In this document: in pieces, positions 20,387-30,301 of the stretch
Layout of the letters: every line of letters begins with the position of its first letter
Numbering within the stretch: the first letter of the stretch is position 1
The notes under the pieces: generated by a model
Seen by the model: the letters and a program-made list of their open reading frames with translations, nothing else
The model's database searches: none
Told to the model about the DNA's origin: nothing
Made by a program: the position numbers and the translations under genes
Assembly: GCA_963702005.1 (NCBI GenBank)
Contig: OY969696.1
Span: 288,001 to 352,000 of the forward strand
DNA length: 64,000 bases
Origin: Candidatus Aminicenantes bacterium
GTDB taxonomy: Bacteria > Acidobacteriota > Aminicenantia > Aminicenantales > JAFGBC01
Direction of reading: 5' to 3'

Positions 20387-23300
20387 GTGACCAAGCCGAT
20401 AACGAGATGCCTGATCCTGTTGAGTTGCGTCCTATGTCTCGCGTCCCTGGCCTCGGCCCAGCTGGGCACGGGCTCGATCGAGGGAAAGGTCGCAGATAAG
20501 GAGGGCTTCGCTCTCCCGGGAGCTTTTATCTACGTGTCGTCCCCGGCCCTGCTCGGCAACCAGGTCTACATCACTTCCGATATGGGCCTCTTCCATTTCC
20601 GAGCTTTGCCGCCGGGACTCTATAAAATCTCGGTCGAGATGCCCGGTTTCAAGACGATCGCGATCAAAGACATTCAGGTCCGGCTGGGCCAGACAGTCAC
20701 CTTCGACCTGACCATGGAGATGAGCGCCGTCGAGGAAGAAGTCACGCTGCCGCTCGCCTCTCCCTTGATCGATTTCAAATCCCTCGAGAAGGGCGTCATC
20801 CTCGACGCGAACCTGCTCGCCCATGTGCCTCTGCCCCGGACTCTCGCCGGCGTCGTCCAGGCCGCCCCCGGCGTCATCGCCGAGGAGTCGGTCGGGAATC
20901 CCTTATTGGCCGTCAGCGGATCCACGGTCCGCGCCACCCTCTATGCGCTGGACGGGGCCGTCCTTAACGACCCCCTGACCATGACCGTCCCCTCCGACCT
21001 CAATTTCGACATCATGGACGAAGTCGAAGTCGGGACATCGGCCCAGCCCGCCGCGGACGGAGGTTCGGACGGCGGGTTCGTCCGGGTCATCGCCAAGGCG
21101 GGCGCCAACTCGGCCTCGGGTTCTTTGGCGCTCTACCATACCAGCGACCGGCTGGCCAAGGACCTCTGGGCGGGGGAATCCGGCCCGGCTCCCTCGACCG
21201 TGTTCGACAAGAAGCTCTGGGACGCGTCGTTCACCCTGGGCGGGCCCGTCCTGGCCGACCGGGGTTGGTACTTCAGCAACGCCAGGATCCTCTATAATAC
21301 CCGCCCGACGAGTTTCCTGAAATGGACTGACCCCCAAGGCAAGATCCACGGGGAATACGACTGGACCAACCGGGAGGTCATGGCCTTCTTTAAGGCCAGC
21401 GTCGCCTTCATGGGCTTCCGCTTCAGCGGAATGTTCAGCTTCTGGGATCGCTTTCAGCCCGTCGCCGACCCGGCGCCGGCCTGGAACATGACGCGGGAAG
21501 GAACGCGCATCCTCGACGGCGAGGCCGGCTACGCAGCCTCGGGCATTCTCAATTACGCCCTTAATCAAAACACCGAAGTTGATTTCCGTCTCGCCTTTTC
21601 CCAGAATAAGACGCCCCTCTTAATCCGGGGAGGGGCTGACGCAAGTCCCCGGTATGTGGACGCCGGGACGGGCCATGTCTGGGGCAGCGGGGGGATCAAC
21701 GAGTCGACGAGCCGGAAACGCTTTCAGGGCGGCGTCCATTTTACGCGCTTCCAGGAACGGACTTTAGGGGGCAACCACGAGCTCAAGCTGGGCGGCGAAT
21801 ACGAACAGCTGAACGGCGATTCGAGCTCCTGGAAGGGCAACAACCTTCTCCTGACCTTTCTCAACGGAAGCCCCTATTTCTTCGGACAGGCCGTATCGCC
21901 CACGACCGGGAACACGGTCGGGAAAGGGCTCGTTTCCTTTTATCTCGCGCCCAGCCAGAGCGGGGCGTTGGATATCAAGGGCGATTATCGTAGGCTGGGC
22001 GGCTACCTCCAGGACTCGTGGTCTGTGGCCAACCGGCTGACCTTTCTCCTGGGACTCCGCTTCGACCACAGCGACGTCCGGATGCCCGCCTTCGCCAAGG
22101 GGGAGAGCGGAAACGCCGTTTCCGTCAAGGTCGGCGACGATCTCATCAAGCCGATCGCGGCCATCAACCCTTACGCGTCGGGTTCGTCCACGGCCTGGAA
22201 CAGCCAAGTCAACTGGAACGTGCTCTCCCCGCGCCTGGGCGTTTCGCTCGATGTCCTCGGCAACGGCCGGACCGCCTTCAAGGCCGGCTACGCCCGCGTC
22301 CCCGAGCTTCTGACGCTCCTCTACGGCACGGAGGTCAGCCCCTTCCCGATGGGCGGCATCCACGCCTTCGAATGGTATGACGAGAACATGAACGGGCTGG
22401 TCGAGACGACCGACAGCTTCGCCCTGACCCCCGACGACTACCGGATCTACGAACCCGACTACTTCAAAAAGCGGATCAATCCCGACCTCAAGCCGCCGCT
22501 GACCGAGGAGTGGACGCTCGGCCTCGAGCAAGATGTTCTGACGGACTTCTCGGTCGCCGTCCGGCTCGTCTCCCGGACTAAGACAAACATCATCCGGAAC
22601 GTCCTCTACGACCCGGACGGCAACCGGGATTGGTACACGGCCGACCCGGCCCAAGGCTGGTGGGTGCCGTTTTCGACGGTCGTGCCCGGAAACGGCGTTT
22701 ATCCCGAGACGCCGGTAACGGTCTATTTCAGGTCCGCGACGGCGCCGGCTCTCTTCGAGCGGCTGACAAACGTCCCCGAGCTCCGCAGAAAATACCGGGC
22801 CGTCGAATTGACATTCCAGAAGCGGATGTCCCGAGGCTGGCAGTTCCTGGGGTCGCTCGTCCTCAGCGAAGCGACCGGAACGGCCGGGCTGGGCGCCGCC
22901 GCAGACTCCGGGTTTACCTTGGCCGCCCTCAACCCGAATGCGTTCGTGAACCTGCCGGGCAACTCCCGTTTGGACCTGGATCGCCCGATTGTCGCCAAGC
23001 TGATGGGGACCGCCCGTTTGCCGCTGGACTTTATCCTGAGCTTCTTCTTCGTCCATGCCAGCGGAGCCCCCTGGGCCCGGAGCGTCACCGTCGTTCCTCC
23101 GGCCGATTGGGTCGCGGCCCACGGCATCGCCAGCCCCTACGCCCAGGTCTATCTCGAACGGCCGGGGAACCGGCGCTACACGGCCAGCGAGACCCTCGAC
23201 CTGCGCATCGAAAAGGAGCTCCACCTCAAGGGGCTGGGTGGCCTCGGCATCTACATGGACGTCTTCAATCTCCTCTCCGCCAGGTCCAGCATCCTCAACG

Positions 23301-23437
23301 GGAACGACGGCGGATTCTGGTACCCGAACGCCGAAAACAGCGGGATGGGCACGCGGGTCTTGGATCCCTCCTACGACAGCTTCATCGCGCGGTCGGGCGC
23401 CCGCGTCATCAAATTCAGCCTCAGCTTGAGATTCTGA
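20387..23437 (+). CDS. TonB-dependent receptor-like outer-membrane protein with N-terminal carboxypeptidase-regulatory-like domain
   Basis: 1016 aa, signal peptide, GSIEGKV.D..G..LPGA, YLQDSW, SPRLG, DVFNL, terminal F. Confidence 0.88.
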   Translation: MTKPITRCLILLSCVLCLASLASAQLGTGSIEGKVADKEGFALPGAFIYVSSPALLGNQVYITSDMGLFHFRALPPGLYKISVEMPGFKTIAIKDIQVRLGQTVTFDLTMEMSAVEEEVTLPLASPLIDFKSLEKGVILDANLLAHVPLPRTLAGVVQAAPGVIAEESVGNPLLAVSGSTVRATLYALDGAVLNDPLTMTVPSDLNFDIMDEVEVGTSAQPAADGGSDGGFVRVIAKAGANSASGSLALYHTSDRLAKDLWAGESGPAPSTVFDKKLWDASFTLGGPVLADRGWYFSNARILYNTRPTSFLKWTDPQGKIHGEYDWTNREVMAFFKASVAFMGFRFSGMFSFWDRFQPVADPAPAWNMTREGTRILDGEAGYAASGILNYALNQNTEVDFRLAFSQNKTPLLIRGGADASPRYVDAGTGHVWGSGGINESTSRKRFQGGVHFTRFQERTLGGNHELKLGGEYEQLNGDSSSWKGNNLLLTFLNGSPYFFGQAVSPTTGNTVGKGLVSFYLAPSQSGALDIKGDYRRLGGYLQDSWSVANRLTFLLGLRFDHSDVRMPAFAKGESGNAVSVKVGDDLIKPIAAINPYASGSSTAWNSQVNWNVLSPRLGVSLDVLGNGRTAFKAGYARVPELLTLLYGTEVSPFPMGGIHAFEWYDENMNGLVETTDSFALTPDDYRIYEPDYFKKRINPDLKPPLTEEWTLGLEQDVLTDFSVAVRLVSRTKTNIIRNVLYDPDGNRDWYTADPAQGWWVPFSTVVPGNGVYPETPVTVYFRSATAPALFERLTNVPELRRKYRAVELTFQKRMSRGWQFLGSLVLSEATGTAGLGAAADSGFTLAALNPNAFVNLPGNSRLDLDRPIVAKLMGTARLPLDFILSFFFVHASGAPWARSVTVVPPADWVAAHGIASPYAQVYLERPGNRRYTASETLDLRIEKELHLKGLGGLGIYMDVFNLLSARSSILNGNDGGFWYPNAENSGMGTRVLDPSYDSFIARSGARVIKFSLSLRF

Positions 23438-23452
23438 ACGAAAGCGGCCGTT

Positions 23453-24430
23453 TTAAAAGGCGACGTCGAGGGCCTTCTTGACTTCCTCGCCGCCGGTCCG
23501 GTTTCGGACCAGGATCTTGAGTTTGTTCGTCCGGCCCGAGACGAGGCCGGCCTTGTCCGTCACCAGAAGGGGAAGGATAAGGACATAATCCCGGCCTTTG
23601 AGGTCTTTGAGCTTGTCCTCATCGACGACGACCTCCTCGTCCCTGGCCAAGGTCCAGACGCTCTCCCCCGACTCCGCCACGAGCTCGAGCCGGATCTCGA
23701 AGGTCGTCCGGAGCCGGCCCTCGACGGACTGGAACCAAATGCCCGAATAGGGCGTCTCGATCGTGATCGAGGCCTCGATTTTGTCCGGACCGGCCGAGAT
23801 TTTTTCGACCTTCCAGCGGAAATCGAAAAAGGCCTTCTCCTGGTCAAACGTTTTCTGGAACGAGTCCAGGGCCTGGTTCAGGTCATGGAGATGCTCGAGG
23901 TTCAGCGTGACCAGGATATAGTCCCCCGTGCAATTCGCGTCGCTGAAGATGACCGGAAACGAACCGTAATACCAGACTTCGCTACACCGGCCGTATTTGC
24001 TCTGTCCGAGGGAATCGGCGATCCGCTCCTGGGGCGGCCCGAACAGAATGTAGATCCGGCCCCGGTCCGTCATCCAGCCGGGCTTGCCCTCTCCCATGAA
24101 GAGCTTGTCGCTTTCCTCCATCCGGGCGAAGTAGGCCGTTTTGAATTCATTCTCTTCGGTCGCCGGGTCCGGGTCGCGGCGCTTCCAGAACTCCTCCTTG
24201 AAGGCTACCCGTTCGGAGGCGGGAAGCTCCAGGAAAATCTTTCTCTCCTGGGAGGTCATGATGTATTGGACGCGGGCGAAGAAGTCCGCGTCGTCCGGTC
24301 CCAGCTTTTTCTCCAGGTTGTACAATCGGCAGCCGCCGAGGATCATGACGACGAGGCCGGCCAGCCCCCAACCGATCAAGGCTGCGGGGCGCCGGGCTCC
24401 GCAGGAGGCGATGGGAGGGGAGACGTTCAT
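23453..24430 (-). CDS. GWxTD domain lipoprotein
   Basis: Lipobox ILGGC, FWKRRDPDPATEENEF, PGWMTDRGRIYILFGPP. Confidence 0.9.
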   Translation of the reverse strand: MNVSPPIASCGARRPAALIGWGLAGLVVMILGGCRLYNLEKKLGPDDADFFARVQYIMTSQERKIFLELPASERVAFKEEFWKRRDPDPATEENEFKTAYFARMEESDKLFMGEGKPGWMTDRGRIYILFGPPQERIADSLGQSKYGRCSEVWYYGSFPVIFSDANCTGDYILVTLNLEHLHDLNQALDSFQKTFDQEKAFFDFRWKVEKISAGPDKIEASITIETPYSGIWFQSVEGRLRTTFEIRLELVAESGESVWTLARDEEVVVDEDKLKDLKGRDYVLILPLLVTDKAGLVSGRTNKLKILVRNRTGGEEVKKALDVAF

Positions 24431-24532
24431 GAAGGCTCCTTTGGCCGGGAGGGTTGCTCCCGGCACTAATACGTTACGCGTCCGCGGAAATAAAAGCAAG
24501 ATGAAGAAACGGGCTCGGGGGAGATCGGGGAG

Positions 24533-24616
24533 TGCGGAAGGAGGGACTCGAACCCTCACGGTCTTTCGACCATAAACTCCTGAGGCTTACGCGTCTGCCA
24601 ATTCCGCCACTTCCGC
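24533..24616 (-). tRNA. tRNA-Leu (CAG), CCA not encoded
   Basis: GCGGAAG acceptor stem, TGGCGGAATTGGCAGACGC D arm, CT-CAG-GA loop, long variable arm, GGTTCGAGTCC. Confidence 0.95.
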
Positions 24617-24669
24617 AGGGAAGGCCCATTATTATAGCCAGAGTCCCCGGCCGTGTAAAGCCGCCGTAC

Positions 24670-24698
24670 TTGACAAATCGGCGGGCCGCTTCTATCGT
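24670..24698 (+). promoter_or_regulatory. Sigma70-type promoter for the baeRF gene
   Basis: TTGACA-17 bp-TATCGT. Confidence 0.55.
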
Positions 24699-24778
24699 AA
24701 AGGTACGTGTTCTTCGATCGTTCTTACCCCCCAGCCAAGCAACGCCGCATCCGTCAATCCCTGGCATAAGGAGGCTTC

Positions 24779-25924
24779 ATGAAACGTCTGAGTCGAGACC
24801 CCATCGAGGCCTTAACTCGTTTCAAGGGGGACCCCTTCTGGACGACCTCGTTCTATCTCGACACCGACAAGGGCAAATTCACTAAAAAGGAAATCGGCCT
24901 GGCCTTCAAGAACCTTCTGGCCGAAGGCCGCCTCCGGCTCGAGGCCCTCGCCCTTTCCAAGGACAGGAAAGAGTCGCTCCTCGAGGACCTGGACCGGATC
25001 GCCGCTTTCGGCGCCCAGAGCCTGACGGCCCACGGCCAGCCCGGGCTGGCCGTATTTTCCTGCAACAAGAAAAAATTCTGGGAGGTCCTGGGCCTTCCCC
25101 ACGGCCCCCGCGACCGCCTCCTGTTCGATCAGAATCCCTATGTGCGGCCCTTGGTCGCCATCCTCGATAAGTACCGCCGCTTGTGCGTCTTCCTGGTCAA
25201 CCGGCGCGAAGCCAAGTGGTACGAGGTTTTCATGGAGGAAATCGCGCCGCTCCAGGATCTCACCAGCGACGTCCCGAGCCGGGTCAAGGTCGGCGGCTTC
25301 GAGGGAACCGAGGGCAAGCGGATCGAGCGCCGCCTCGAGGCCCATGTCCTCGACCACCTCAAAAAGTCCGCCCAGCTGACCTTCGACCTGTTCAAGAAGA
25401 ATCGCTTCGACGGGCTCCTGCTGGGCTGTGAGGAAAAATACTGTTCGGAGCTCGAGCCCCTCCTCCACACCTACCTCAAGGAGAGGCTGGCCGGCCGGAT
25501 CAAGGCCAAGCCCGGGGATCCCCCGGCCGAGATCCTCAAGGAAGCCGTCAAGCTCGAGGAGAAGATGGAGCAGAAGTCCGAGGAAGAGACCGTCGGCACG
25601 CTCGTCGCCGAGCTCGAGCGCGGGGGACGGGCCTGCTCGGGCCTCAAGGATACCCTGCGCCACATCAACCAGGGAGACGTCCAGATCCTCGCCGTCAGCC
25701 ATAACTTCTCCAAGAAAGGCCGACTCTGCCCGTCTTGCCGTTTCCTCTACGTCGAAGAGACGATCTGCCCGGTCTGCGACAAGGCGACGACGGCCGTCCT
25801 CGACGTCGTCGACGAGGCCATCGAAGCCGCGGTCGCCAAGAACGCCCAGGTCAAGCAGGTCACGCCGCCCTCCAAGCTCGACCACTACGGCAAGATCGGA
25901 GCCCTATTGAGATATAAAGTCTAA
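24779..25924 (+). CDS. Bacterial archaeo-eukaryotic release factor (baeRF / aRF1-eRF1-like) family protein
   Basis: TSFYLD, GLAVFS, PYVRPL, GGF in place of GGQ, CPSC/CPVC insert, C-terminal IGALLRY of eRF1 domain 3. Confidence 0.85.
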   Translation: MKRLSRDPIEALTRFKGDPFWTTSFYLDTDKGKFTKKEIGLAFKNLLAEGRLRLEALALSKDRKESLLEDLDRIAAFGAQSLTAHGQPGLAVFSCNKKKFWEVLGLPHGPRDRLLFDQNPYVRPLVAILDKYRRLCVFLVNRREAKWYEVFMEEIAPLQDLTSDVPSRVKVGGFEGTEGKRIERRLEAHVLDHLKKSAQLTFDLFKKNRFDGLLLGCEEKYCSELEPLLHTYLKERLAGRIKAKPGDPPAEILKEAVKLEEKMEQKSEEETVGTLVAELERGGRACSGLKDTLRHINQGDVQILAVSHNFSKKGRLCPSCRFLYVEETICPVCDKATTAVLDVVDEAIEAAVAKNAQVKQVTPPSKLDHYGKIGALLRYKV

Positions 25925-26073
25925 AAAGCTCTCGGGAAGATTCTGTTGGGGAATCGATAAAGCCCATTTTTAAATGGATTTTCTTTGACGATCAGGACGC
26001 TGGGGTTCGGGTCGCCCATCTCGTCCCGGGTCCGGAGTCCGGGGACGGGCCGGGAAGAGCCCCCTTTATCAGC

Positions 26074-29000
26074 TTAAGCGGTTTTGCGGCTCTTGTCCCT
26101 GAACGAAATCCTGTTGATGTAGCTGTAGACGACGGGGATGACGAACAGGGTCAGGAAAGTCGTGGCCGTCAGGCCTCCGGTCAGGGAGGTCGCCAGCGGC
26201 GAGCGAAACTCGAACCCCGAGGAGCGGCTGAACATCATGGGGAGCATGCCCAGGACGGTCGTCAGGGCCGTCAGCAGGACCGGCCGGAGCCGAGTCACGG
26301 CGCCCTGAACGATGGCTTCCCGGCCGCCCATCCCTTTCCGCCGGAGCTGGTTGATGTAGTCGATCATGACGATACCATTGTTGACGGCGATCCCGGCCAG
26401 GATGATAACCCCGATGATCGAGGGCAGGCTGAGCGGCTGCCCCATGGCCAACAGAGCCAGGATGACGCCGACAACGCCGAGGGGGATAGTGAACATGATC
26501 ACGAAAGGATGGGAGAACGATTCGAATTGGGAAGCCATGACCATATAGACGAGGAGGACGGCCAGGGCGAAGACTCCGGCCAGGATCAGGAAAGCCTCGG
26601 TCATCTCCTGGTACTGTCCGCCGTATTCCATGAAGTAGCCGGGGGGAAGGTTTCTTTCCGTGCCGGCCAGTCTCTTCTTGATGTCGCGGGTGATGCTGTT
26701 GATGTCCCGCCCGGCCAGGTTGCCCGTCACGGTTACGATGCGGGACTGGTTCTCATGGGCGATCTGGATCGGGCCCTCCCGAGAGTCCACGACCGCCACC
26801 TGGTCCAGGTAAACAATCCTATTTAGCGGAGTTAAGATGGGGATGTTCTTGACGGCCTCGATCGTGCTCCGGTCCTTCTCCTGGAACCGGACGCGGACGT
26901 CGATCTCGTCGCTTCCCTCCCGAAAGCGGGTGGCGACCCGGCCTAATGTTGCTGTCTGGGCCGCCTGTGCAACCTGGCCCGTCATGAGCCCGAGCCGGGA
27001 AGCCTTCTCCCGGTCGATTCTAACTTGGTATTCCGGCTTGCCGGTCGACAGGGTATGGGTGACGTCCCGGAGTCCCTCAACGTCCCTGATCCGGGCGACG
27101 ACCAAGTCGGCCAGCCCTTTGAGGACGTCCAAGTCTTTCCCGAAAATCTTAATACTGACGGGCGCTTGGGCCCCGCCCATCATCATCTGCGAGACGTCGA
27201 CCGCCTCGAACTTGACGTTGGGAAGGTGGGGGAGTCGCCGCCGGATTTTTTCCAGAACTTCGATGTCCGAGAGCTTGCGCGTTTTCTTGGGAACCAATCC
27301 CGTCCAGAGCAATCCCTCGTAGGTACCGCTGTTGCTCATCCCGCCCGCCTGGTCGGAAGGATTCTCCTCGGCGTTCGAACCGGTCTGAGCCGAGACGATC
27401 TTGACTTCGGGTTCGCTGAGCATGATCTTTTCGACCATGGCAACGACGCGGTCCGTTTCGGCCAGGGCCGTTCCGACCGGCATCTTGACCTTGAGCAGAA
27501 TCATATCCCGGTCCTGGGCCGGCATGAATTCCTTCCCCAGGAAGGGAATAAGGGCCAGCGAGAAGAGAAAAACTCCGAAGGAACCGAGCACAACCCATTT
27601 CCTGTTGACGAGAGCGCGGGTCAGGGTCTTGTGATAGTAGGCCTTGACCTTCTCGAACCAAATTTTCTCGCCCGTGACCGTCCACTCGACGCCGCCCTTC
27701 TTTTTCCGGAACAGGACAGACGCCAGAAGCGGGACGATGGTCAGGGCGACAAAAAGAGACGACATCAAGGAGAAGGTGATGGACAGGGCCATCGCCTGGG
27801 TCAGCTTCCCGGTGATCCCCGAAGCGAAAACGAGGGGAAGGAAGACGACCACGGTCGTCAGCGTCGAGGCCGTTATGGCCATGCCGACTTCGGAAGCGCC
27901 CACGATGGCCGCTTGTTCGCAGTCCTTGCCCTCCAGCCTGTGCCGGAACATGTTCTCGATGACGACGATGGCGTTGTCGACAAGCATGCCCACCCCCAAG
28001 GCGAGACCGCCGAGCGTCAGCAGGTTCAGGGTGTAGCCGGCGAAATAGAAAACGATGAAGGTCGTGATGATGGACAGCGGGATGGCCAGCCCGATGATCA
28101 AGGTCGGCCGCCAGTTGGCCAGGAACAGGAAAATGAGAAGAACGGCCAGGATCCCTCCCTGCCAAGCGTTGTTGATCGTGTTCTTGGTCACTTCCAGGAT
28201 CATATCGGACTGGTCCATGGCCGTATGGAACTCGATGCCGGCCGGGAGCATCTTTTGGATGCGCGCCAGCTCGGCTTTGATCCTTCGGCCCACCGTTGCC
28301 GTATTGGCTCCCGAGCGCTTGCTGAGGATGAGATAGATTCCGTTCTTCTGCTGGATGCGGGCCGTGTTCCGGACCTCCTTCAACCCGTCCTTGATAACGG
28401 CAACGTCGCTGAGATAGATAGGATCGCCGGCCGCCGAGGCTCCGATCAGGGTCTCTCCGATGTCATCGAGTGTTTTAAACTCGCCCATGGTCCGTACCAG
28501 GATATCCGAATGCCGTTCGACGAGATTCCCGGCCGGCAGGTTGAGGTTCTCGGCCCGGAGGGCCAGGAGGATCGCTTCCAGGGAGAGGTTGCGGCTCTCC
28601 AGGGCCGCCTTGTCGACGTTGACCAGGATTTCTCGTATGTCGGTCGCGAAAACTTGAGCGGCGGCAACTCCGTCAAGCCGCTCCAGGCGGGGGGCGACGT
28701 CGTCCTCGATAAGCTTCTTGAGCTCGAGCGGCCGCATCGGGCCGGTGATCCCGTAAAAGACGACCGGCAACATGGCCATGTTGAACTTGACGACCAGGGG
28801 ATCGCTCGCTTCTTCGGGAAGGAAGGACCGGTATAGGCCGATCTGGTCCCGGAGGTCCTGGGCCCCGAAATCGAGGTTCGTCCCCCATTCGAACTCGACG
28901 GTGACGACCGAAAGGCTTTCCGAAGTCAGGGAGGTGACCTTCTTGACGCGGCTGACGGAGCTGACCATCTGCTCGAGCGGCTTGGTGATCGTTTTCTCGA

Positions 29001-29175
29001 TGTCTTCGGAGGACGCCCCCTGGTAGGTCGTGATGACCGAGACCGTCGGAAACTCAAGGTCGGGGAAGAAATCGAGCCCGAGGCGCGATAGGGAGATGAA
29101 TCCGACGACGACCAGGATCATGACGATCATGGTCGTCGTGACTTTGCGATGGACGGAGAATTCGGGGAGCTTCAT
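26074..29175 (-). CDS. RND efflux permease (AcrB/AcrD/AcrF family)
   Basis: 1033 aa, GMLVDNAIVVIEN, GIAVNNGIVMID, RLRPVLLT. Confidence 0.96.
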   Translation of the reverse strand: MKLPEFSVHRKVTTTMIVMILVVVGFISLSRLGLDFFPDLEFPTVSVITTYQGASSEDIEKTITKPLEQMVSSVSRVKKVTSLTSESLSVVTVEFEWGTNLDFGAQDLRDQIGLYRSFLPEEASDPLVVKFNMAMLPVVFYGITGPMRPLELKKLIEDDVAPRLERLDGVAAAQVFATDIREILVNVDKAALESRNLSLEAILLALRAENLNLPAGNLVERHSDILVRTMGEFKTLDDIGETLIGASAAGDPIYLSDVAVIKDGLKEVRNTARIQQKNGIYLILSKRSGANTATVGRRIKAELARIQKMLPAGIEFHTAMDQSDMILEVTKNTINNAWQGGILAVLLIFLFLANWRPTLIIGLAIPLSIITTFIVFYFAGYTLNLLTLGGLALGVGMLVDNAIVVIENMFRHRLEGKDCEQAAIVGASEVGMAITASTLTTVVVFLPLVFASGITGKLTQAMALSITFSLMSSLFVALTIVPLLASVLFRKKKGGVEWTVTGEKIWFEKVKAYYHKTLTRALVNRKWVVLGSFGVFLFSLALIPFLGKEFMPAQDRDMILLKVKMPVGTALAETDRVVAMVEKIMLSEPEVKIVSAQTGSNAEENPSDQAGGMSNSGTYEGLLWTGLVPKKTRKLSDIEVLEKIRRRLPHLPNVKFEAVDVSQMMMGGAQAPVSIKIFGKDLDVLKGLADLVVARIRDVEGLRDVTHTLSTGKPEYQVRIDREKASRLGLMTGQVAQAAQTATLGRVATRFREGSDEIDVRVRFQEKDRSTIEAVKNIPILTPLNRIVYLDQVAVVDSREGPIQIAHENQSRIVTVTGNLAGRDINSITRDIKKRLAGTERNLPPGYFMEYGGQYQEMTEAFLILAGVFALAVLLVYMVMASQFESFSHPFVIMFTIPLGVVGVILALLAMGQPLSLPSIIGVIILAGIAVNNGIVMIDYINQLRRKGMGGREAIVQGAVTRLRPVLLTALTTVLGMLPMMFSRSSGFEFRSPLATSLTGGLTATTFLTLFVIPVVYSYINRISFRDKSRKTA

Positions 29176-30284
29176 TTCTGGACCTCGCCGTTCGTTTGGA
29201 TCGGAGCCCCGTCTTCGAGGCTGTAGTTGCCCTCGATGATGACCGACTCGCCCTCCTGGAGGCCGCTCAGGATCTCGGCCGATTCGGAGGTCTGGAGGCC
29301 GAGCTTGACCGCCCTCTTGACGGCTTTGCCCCCCTGGGCGACGAACACGAATCCGTCATCGACGATGGCCTTTTGAGGTACGGCCAAGGCGTTCTCCCGG
29401 CTGTCGACTTCGACGGCGACTTCGCCGAACGTCCCGGGACGCAGGGCGAGGTCGGGGTTGTCGGCGGTGACTTCGATGCCGAACTTCTTCGTCAGCGGGT
29501 TGGCCGCCAGGTTGGCGATGGTCACCGTGCCCGGGAAGATCCGTCCCGGGAACGACGTGACGCGGAGCTGGGCCGGCTGGCCCTTACGGATCTTGAGGAC
29601 GGTATCCTGGGAGACGTCGAGGCCGATCTTGACCTTGGAGAAATCGACCAGGGTCAGAACCCCGCTGGTCGGCGAAAAACCGCCCATCATCGGGTTGACG
29701 ACGTCGCCCACTTCCGCGTTTTTGGAGGCGATGACGCCGGCGAAGGGGGCCTTCATGATCGAAATATCGAGGGCGTGGCTGGCCATGTTGACGGCGGCCC
29801 GTGCCTGTTCGAGCTGGGCTTGAGCGGAGTCGAGCCCGAGCGCGACCTGCTCGCGCTGCTGCTCGGAAACCGCGTTCTCCTTGAAGAGCCGATCCAGCCG
29901 TTCCTTGTTTCGGACGGCATCCTTGTGGGCGGCCTCGGCTACGGCCAAACCGGCCTCGGCCTGCTTGAGCTGGAGCCGGAGGGATTCGGTGTCGATTTCG
30001 GCCAGGACCTGGCCCTTGGCGACGCGGTCGCCCTCGTCGACGTAGATCCGGGCGATCTTGCCGCCCAGGTCGGGAGTGATCGTAATTTTCTGCCAGGCTT
30101 CGATCGTTCCCGTCGCGCTGATCGTCTGGGCCAACCGTTGCCGCGTTACGCTAAGGACCCTAACCGGCGCCGCGCCGAAGGCGTCGCTGCCGGTTTCGCT
30201 CGTTTTCTGGGGGGGCTTGCAGGCGACGAGGAGCGCCGCCAAGGACAACGCCAGCCAAACCTTGTGAATGCGCACGTTTGTCAT
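29172..30284 (-). CDS. RND periplasmic adaptor lipoprotein
   Basis: Lipobox LLVAC, VDEGDRVAKGQVLA, KAPFAGVI, LAVPQKAI; start at MTNVRIHK after AGGAGG. Confidence 0.93.
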   Translation of the reverse strand: MTNVRIHKVWLALSLAALLVACKPPQKTSETGSDAFGAAPVRVLSVTRQRLAQTISATGTIEAWQKITITPDLGGKIARIYVDEGDRVAKGQVLAEIDTESLRLQLKQAEAGLAVAEAAHKDAVRNKERLDRLFKENAVSEQQREQVALGLDSAQAQLEQARAAVNMASHALDISIMKAPFAGVIASKNAEVGDVVNPMMGGFSPTSGVLTLVDFSKVKIGLDVSQDTVLKIRKGQPAQLRVTSFPGRIFPGTVTIANLAANPLTKKFGIEVTADNPDLALRPGTFGEVAVEVDSRENALAVPQKAIVDDGFVFVAQGGKAVKRAVKLGLQTSESAEILSGLQEGESVIIEGNYSLEDGAPIQTNGEVQK

Positions 30285-30301
30285 CTCAGTCCTCCTAGTG
30301 T

